DNA of 64,000 nucleotides from an uncultured delta proteobacterium (GTDB lineage Bacteria; Myxococcota_A; Polyangia; Polyangiales; Polyangiaceae): NCBI GenBank assembly GCA_963806225.1, contig CAWDXG010000004.1, positions 4,736,001 to 4,800,000 of the forward strand, read 5' to 3'. Shown piece by piece: positions 58,701 to 64,000 of this stretch (position 1 is its first letter; each line of letters starts with the position of its first letter). The notes under the pieces were generated by a model. It saw only the letters and a program-made list of their open reading frames with translations, ran no database searches and was not told where the DNA came from. The position numbers and the translations under genes were made by a program.

Positions 58701-60195
58701 CGCCCTGCTGCGCGCGGCGGGGGTCGTGATGGTGCGCGCCGGCTTCGGCGCCGAGGGTTGGCAGCGCGCCTCGGAGCTGCCCTTCGAGGCCGGCCGCGGC
58801 TATCACGCCGTGCTCGGCCACGTCGAGGGCGGCTCGCTGCTCAGCGTCAAGGGCGCCCCCGAAGCCATCCTGCCGCGTTGCACGCGATGGGGTCGCGGCG
58901 ACGAGCGCGCGCCCCTCGACGAGGAATCGCAGCGCGCGCTGCACGCCGCCGCTTCCAATCTTGCACGTCGCGGACTGCGCGTGCTCGCCGTTGCCGAGCG
59001 TTCGGTCGGCCCCGACGACCGCCTCGATCCCTCGCGGTTGATGGGGCTGTCCTTCCTCGGCTTTCTGGCCTTCAGCGATCCGGTTCGCCCCTCGGCGGCG
59101 CTGGCGCTCGAACGGCTCCGGCAGGCGGGCGTCTACACCGTGATGATCACCGGCGATCACCCGAGCACCGCCGAGGCCATCGCCAGCGATCTCGATCTTC
59201 TGCGCGGCAAGCAGGTGCTCACGGGAGCCGAGCTAGGCCGCATGAACGACGAGGAGCTCGATCATCACATCGATCGCGTGTCCGTGTTCGCGCGCGTGAC
59301 GCCTTCGCAGAAGGTGCGCGTCGTCCGTGCGCTGCAGCGCGCCGGACGCGTCGTGGCGATGGTGGGCGACGGCGCCAACGACGCCCCGGCCATCCGTCTC
59401 GCCAACGTGGGCGTCGCCATCGGCGAGCGCAGCACCGCTGCGGCGCGCGGCGCCGCCGACGTCGTGTTGACGGACGAGCGCATCGAGACGCTGGTCGACG
59501 CCATCGTCGAGGGGCGCGCCATGTGGGCGTCGGTGCGCGACGCCGTCTCCATCCTCATCGGCGGCAACCTGGGCGAGATCGGCTTCACGCTCGCCGCGGG
59601 TCTGGTGGACGGCCGCTCGCCGCTCAACGCGCGCCAGCTGTTGCTCGTCAATCTGCTGACCGACGTGGCGCCGGCGATGGCTATCGCCCTGCGCCCGCCT
59701 TCGCGGGACACGCTCGCCTCGCTCGCCACCGAAGGTCCCGACGCTTCGCTAGGCAATCCGCTCAACCGCGACATCGCTTCGCGCGCCACCGTCACCGCGC
59801 TTGGCGCGGGCGGCGCGTGGCTCGTCGGGCGTCTCACCGGCAGCGCCGAACGGGCGCGCACCATCGGCCTGATCGCGCTGGTCGGCACCCAGCTCGGTCA
59901 GACCATCGCTTCCGGCGGGCTCAGCCGACCCGTGGTCGTCACCGGTGTCGGCTCGGCCGCGCTGCTGGCCGGCATCGTGCAGACCCCCGGCCTCAGCCAC
60001 TTCTTCGGCTGCCGTCCGCTCGGTCCGCTAGGTTGGGCCACCGCCCTCGGCGCCTCCGTCGCGGCGACGGGTGCGGCCGCTGGCGCGCCGCGCCTGGCCG
60101 AGAAAGTGCTGAGCCGCCTGCGCCTCGGCGAGATCGTGATGGCCGACCCCGAGGTCCTGGCACCTGGCCGGACGGGCCGTCTCCCCGACGGCTGA
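55767..60195 (+). CDS. Large P-type ATPase (CtpH/CtpI-like architecture); frameshifted near 56765
   Basis: TGES, PEGLP, DKTGTVT, KGAPE, TGDH, GDGANDAPA in ORF 56596-60195; N-terminal region in ORF 55662 joins at ...CLVLQGD. Confidence 0.88.
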
Positions 60196-60274
60196 GCTCC
60201 AGCAGGGGGCTCACCCGTCGCGCTGGCGTAGTGTAGCAATATGCCACACTTTGACACGTTCTCGGCGTGTAGAG

Positions 60275-60291
60275 TGTGACAAAATGTCACA
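60275..60291. promoter_or_regulatory. Palindromic putative TF site
   Basis: TGTGAC-AAAAT-GTCACA in an AT-rich intergenic region. Confidence 0.55.
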
Positions 60292-60344
60292 TATAGGCCG
60301 GGTAATTTGGCCGTTCGCCCGCAGCTGTGACCAGGAGCGAAGGC

Positions 60345-61043
60345 ATGAACAAGCTCGCTCTCATCGCCACCGTTTCCCTCCTCGCGTCGGCCTGCGGCGG
60401 CGCGGCCGCGCCGGCGCCGAAGAGCGCGGCGAGCGCCAAGTCGAAGACCGCGTCCCACGCCAAGAAGAAGAAGGCCGGAAAATCCGACGACGACGCGAGC
60501 GCGAAGACCGCGCTAGAGCAAAGCGTCGGCGACTACTTCGTGCAGCGCTTCTCCGGCTCGTTCAGCAAGCAGCCGATGACGCTCACCGAGCGCATCGTGG
60601 CGCAGAAGGGCAACCTGCAGGTCATCGACTTCACACTCGACGCCGGCAAGAAGAGCGAGCACCTGCGCATCAAGCGGGACGTGAACACGGGGCGCATCGC
60701 GCGCGTCATCCGCTACGACGGCAACAAGGCCATCCCCAGCGACATCAGGGCGTACGACGCGATGATGGATCGGACCGTATTCGCCGCGGACGAGAACGTC
60801 GCTTCGCTCGGCGAGAAGGCCGAGACGTGCCTGGTCGGTCAGAAGGAGCTCGACTGCCAGAAGACGCGCTACAAGGTGATCGTGGGCGACAAGCCCGCCA
60901 CGCTGAGCGTTGTCACGAGCAAGGCCGTGCCCGGCCGCGCCGTGGCTGGCGAGCTCCAGGGCGCCGACGGCAAGCTGCTCTACCGCGCCGAGATCATCGA
61001 CATGGGCCACGGCGCGCCCGGTCACGCTGTCGCCGAGAAGTAG
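60345..61043 (+). CDS. Hypothetical lipoprotein
   Basis: ASAC lipobox; SD AGGAG; beta-rich body. Confidence 0.78.
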   Translation: MNKLALIATVSLLASACGGAAAPAPKSAASAKSKTASHAKKKKAGKSDDDASAKTALEQSVGDYFVQRFSGSFSKQPMTLTERIVAQKGNLQVIDFTLDAGKKSEHLRIKRDVNTGRIARVIRYDGNKAIPSDIRAYDAMMDRTVFAADENVASLGEKAETCLVGQKELDCQKTRYKVIVGDKPATLSVVTSKAVPGRAVAGELQGADGKLLYRAEIIDMGHGAPGHAVAEK

Positions 61044-61097
61044 CGCGGCGCAATCCAGTCGATATCCGCTCGAAACACGGCGGGCGCTAGTATCCGG

Positions 61098-61982
61098 GTG
61101 ATGTCGAGCGAGCTTCGCATCGCCGTCATCGGCGACGTGCACCTGCGCTTTTCCGACGACGACGTCGCCTGGTTCAACGAATCCGGGTACGACCAGCTGC
61201 TCTTCGTGGGCGACCTGGCGGGCTACGCGCACCAGGGCGCGCTCGACGTGGCGCGCCGCGTTGCGCGCCTCGAGCTTCCCACGCTCGTGATCCCCGGAAA
61301 CCACGACGCCGTGCGCCTCGCGCACCTGGCGGCCGAGGTGGTGCGCCGCCCGCGGCTCGCACGGGTCCTCGGCGTCGGACAGAACCGGCTGTGCAACGAG
61401 CTCGCCGACGCGCTGTCGCCGGTACCGCTGTGCGGCTACAGCCGCCACGAGCTAAAGCTGCGGGGGCAAGGCGTCAGTCTGGTCGCGGCGCGCCCGCACT
61501 CGATGGGCGGCTCGTACCTTTCCTTCGAGTCGCACATCCGGCATCGCTTCGGCGTCTCCAGCATCGAGCACTCGGCCGCGCGGCTGTGCCAGCTCGTGGA
61601 CGCCTGCGAGTCAGAGCGCATGATCTTCCTCGCGCACAACGGTCCGAGCGGGCTCGGCAGCGGGCGCGCCGATATCTGGGGCTGCGACTTCAGGAAGGAA
61701 GAAGGCGACTTCGGTGACGAGGATCTGCGCCTGGCGATCGAGCATGCGCGCGCTTCCGGCCGCCGTGTGCTGGCCGTGCTGGCCGGTCACATGCACCACG
61801 CCATCAAGGGCGGCGGCGAGCGCTGCTGGCAGCTCGAACGGGAGGGCGTCCTCTACATCAACGCCGCCCGCGTTCCGCGCATCTTCGAGCGTGACGGTCG
61901 CCGCGTGCGGCACCACGTTGTCGTGACGCTTTTCACGGACAACGCGCGCGCCGAAGCAGTGCTCGTCGACGAAGCGGCTTAG
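61098..61982 (+). CDS. Metallophosphoesterase (TIGR04168-like)
   Basis: IGDVH, FVGD, PGNHD, LAHNGP, DFGDEDL, AGHMHH, YINAARVPR. Confidence 0.9.
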   Translation: MMSSELRIAVIGDVHLRFSDDDVAWFNESGYDQLLFVGDLAGYAHQGALDVARRVARLELPTLVIPGNHDAVRLAHLAAEVVRRPRLARVLGVGQNRLCNELADALSPVPLCGYSRHELKLRGQGVSLVAARPHSMGGSYLSFESHIRHRFGVSSIEHSAARLCQLVDACESERMIFLAHNGPSGLGSGRADIWGCDFRKEEGDFGDEDLRLAIEHARASGRRVLAVLAGHMHHAIKGGGERCWQLEREGVLYINAARVPRIFERDGRRVRHHVVVTLFTDNARAEAVLVDEAA

Positions 61983-61988
61983 CGCTGC

Positions 61989-62318
61989 TCAGCCACCCAG
62001 CGCGGCGCGCAGCTTGTCGAGCTGTTCGCGCTCTTCCGCGTCGACCTCGCCGTCGGAGTAGACCACGGCGCGCGCGGCTTCGAGGAAGGTGTGGCGGTGC
62101 TCGGCGGGGATGCCCGCGGGATCGAGCGAGCTGGGCGCGGGCGACACGCTCAGCCACTCCTCGACCTGATCGCGCTCCTCCTGGTCCAGCTCGAGGCGCT
62201 CGACCAGACGGTGCACGAAGTTGCGCTCGGAGTCGCGGATCTCGAGGTCCGTCCACGCGAACCCGCACACGAACTTCATCAGGAGCAGCCGCTCGTCCCG
62301 GTTCAGGTTGTCGAGCAT
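61989..62318 (-). CDS. TerB-family protein
   Basis: AWTDLEIRDSE and VYSDGEVDAEE duplicated motif. Confidence 0.8.
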   Translation of the reverse strand: MLDNLNRDERLLLMKFVCGFAWTDLEIRDSERNFVHRLVERLELDQEERDQVEEWLSVSPAPSSLDPAGIPAEHRHTFLEAARAVVYSDGEVDAEEREQLDKLRAALGG

Positions 62319-62386
62319 GGCGGCATGCTACCGCCGCCCGCCGCCAGGTTCCAGTGCGGACCCACGCTCCTTCGGGCGGAGGCGTC

Positions 62387-63385
62387 TCAGACCGGCGTCA
62401 GCCAGTCCTTGTGGTTTTCGTCGTTACCGGAGGCGGCGCGGAGATAGGCGCGCTGGAACAGGGCGCCGAAGGTGCGCTTGCCGGTGGACAGCTCGCGGCC
62501 GTCGATCTCGCGGACGGGCGTGACCTCGGCGGCGGTGCCGGTGAGGAACACCTCGTCGGCGCGCATCAGCTCCTCGCGGGTGAAGGGGCGGATGGTCACG
62601 GGCACGTTGTTCTCGCGCGCGATGGTCAGCACGCAGTCGCGCGTGATGCCCGGCACGATGGACGAGCTCTCGTCGTTGGTGAACAGCGTGCCGTTCTTGA
62701 CGAAGAAGATGTTCTCGCCGGTGGCGTTGGCGACGGTACCGTCCTGGTTGAGCAGGATGGCGTCGTCGAAGCCGCGGTCGAGCGCTTCGTGCGCGGCCAG
62801 CACGCTGTTCGCGTAGTGGCCGCTGGCCTTGGCCATGGTGGGCAACATCGTGTGGTGGAACTTGCGCCAGCTCGAGATGGTGACGCGGATGCCGTTCCGC
62901 AGAGCGTTTTCCCCCAGGAAGCTGCCGAGCCCGCGCGCAGCGATGAAAACGCGCACGTCGCACTCGCGCTTCGGCTTCAGGTCGATGGGGCCGCGGCCGA
63001 AGAAGGCGAGCGGACGCAGATAGCCGTTCTCGATGGCGTTCTTGCGTGTGATGTCGATGGCCGCCTGGAAGAGCTGGTCCGCATTGTAGGGCAGCTTCAT
63101 CCCGTAGAGCGACGCTGAGGCGAGCAGCCGGTCGATGTGATCGCGCAGGCGGAACAGGATAGGTCCGCTTTCGGTGGGATAGGCGCGGATGCCTTCGAAC
63201 ACGGCGGTGCCGTAGTGCAGCGCGTTGGAGTAGTAGTGCACGCTCTGCGCTTCGGCTTCGCGGATCTCGCCGTCCCACCAGATCCACTTGGCGAGCTCCT
63301 GGCCCTGCGGGCGCGAAACCGGCAGGGTTTCTTCTTCGGGGACGCCGTGGAAGCTAGGCCATTCGGCTTCGAGCGGTGGAGTCAT
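62387..63385 (-). CDS. ilvE: Branched-chain amino acid aminotransferase
   Basis: LHYGTAVFEGIRAY, HIDRL, YLRP, AKASGHY, GENIF, PGITR, EVFLTGTAAEVTP. Confidence 0.93.
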   Translation of the reverse strand: MTPPLEAEWPSFHGVPEEETLPVSRPQGQELAKWIWWDGEIREAEAQSVHYYSNALHYGTAVFEGIRAYPTESGPILFRLRDHIDRLLASASLYGMKLPYNADQLFQAAIDITRKNAIENGYLRPLAFFGRGPIDLKPKRECDVRVFIAARGLGSFLGENALRNGIRVTISSWRKFHHTMLPTMAKASGHYANSVLAAHEALDRGFDDAILLNQDGTVANATGENIFFVKNGTLFTNDESSSIVPGITRDCVLTIARENNVPVTIRPFTREELMRADEVFLTGTAAEVTPVREIDGRELSTGKRTFGALFQRAYLRAASGNDENHKDWLTPV

Positions 63386-64000
63386 GGTTTCGGTCCCTCC
63401 GTGGTCTTCGCGGGAGCGGCAGTATTAACCCCGCCGGGTGCGGGCTGTCGAGGTGGGTGACCGTAGCGGTGGGTGTAGCTCCTGACGGCTGCGGCATCGT
63501 CCGGAAAGCGCCGGACGAGCTCTTCGTACAGCCGTCGGCCCTCGGCCTCCCGGCCGCGGCGCGCGACGATCTCGGCGAGATTGCCGAGGATCTCCGGATC
63601 GTCCGGCCACAGCTTCCGCCCCCGGCGGAGCAGGCGCTCGGCTTCGCCGAGCCGGTGCTGGTGCGCCAGGATCAGGGCGAGATTATTGGTCGAGCGGCGC
63701 GCGGCTTCGGTCGGACGGTCGCCGGCGCGGCGCAGCACTTCCTCGAACGCCTGCTTCGCCTTCTCGCGCTGGTGCCATTCGTTCAGGGCCATGCCGAGCT
63801 GGTACGGGGCGAGCGTCGAGGAGCGGGTCTTCGCCGTGGCGTCGGCGAAGACGTATTCGCTGAACGCGAACAGCGACGCGCGCCGGGCCGAGAACAGAGC
63901 GAGCCCGGCGATGCAGGCCACGGCGGTCAGCGTCCCCGGCCTGTGGAAGCGCACGGCGAGGGCGCCGAGAGCGAGCGCGGGCGCCATCACCGACAGCAGC
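63382..64000 (-). CDS. Membrane protein with C-terminal TPRs, 3' part only
   Basis: TM segment then YQLGMAL / NNLALIL / GNLAEIV TPR helices; stop overlaps the ilvE start. Confidence 0.8.
   Translation of the reverse strand, partial: LLSVMAPALALGALAVRFHRPGTLTAVACIAGLALFSARRASLFAFSEYVFADATAKTRSSTLAPYQLGMALNEWHQREKAKQAFEEVLRRAGDRPTEAARRSTNNLALILAHQHRLGEAERLLRRGRKLWPDDPEILGNLAEIVARRGREAEGRRLYEELVRRFPDDAAAVRSYTHRYGHPPRQPAPGGVNTAAPAKTTEGPKP

Noticed and set aside
1..64000. Numerous long overlapping or antisense ORFs (e.g. 6777-9413 -, 51057-53132 -, 52673-54850 +, most of 46523-49120 -)
   Set aside because: Arg/Ala/Pro-rich shadow frames of real high-GC genes, with no motifs

Overview
GC-rich (visually about 70%) bacterial chromosomal DNA, most likely from a myxobacterium (Myxococcota, Polyangiales-like). 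This is inferred from the many Gly/Ser-linker, Cys-rich lipoproteins with 'DAG/DAS' linkers, the EICDGIDNDC repeats and a myxobacterial-type HNH gene. About 55 genes are supportable. They include enzymes (acyl-CoA dehydrogenase, aldehyde dehydrogenase, SDR, IlvE, rhomboid, P-type ATPase), regulators (LysR, MarR, PNPOx-GAF-wHTH) and many secreted accessory proteins. No rRNA, tRNA or CRISPR array was seen. Several genes are broken by small indels, probably assembly errors. Four observations stand out. (1) A probable unannotated selenoprotein at 50434-51171: signal peptide, in-frame UGA at mature position +1, a textbook bacterial SECIS hairpin, then an outer-membrane beta-barrel. (2) Two DUF1566/CLec genes whose 3' ends differ only at codon positions 1-2, the diversity-generating retroelement (DGR) signature, flanking a truncated Avd-like gene with no RT or TR in the window. 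(3) A B12-dependent radical SAM enzyme fused to a lipobox-like segment and repeated TVYDALPYD peptides, possibly a self-modifying RiPP-like system. (4) A 1623-aa lipoprotein ending in a Tc-toxin-A-like module.
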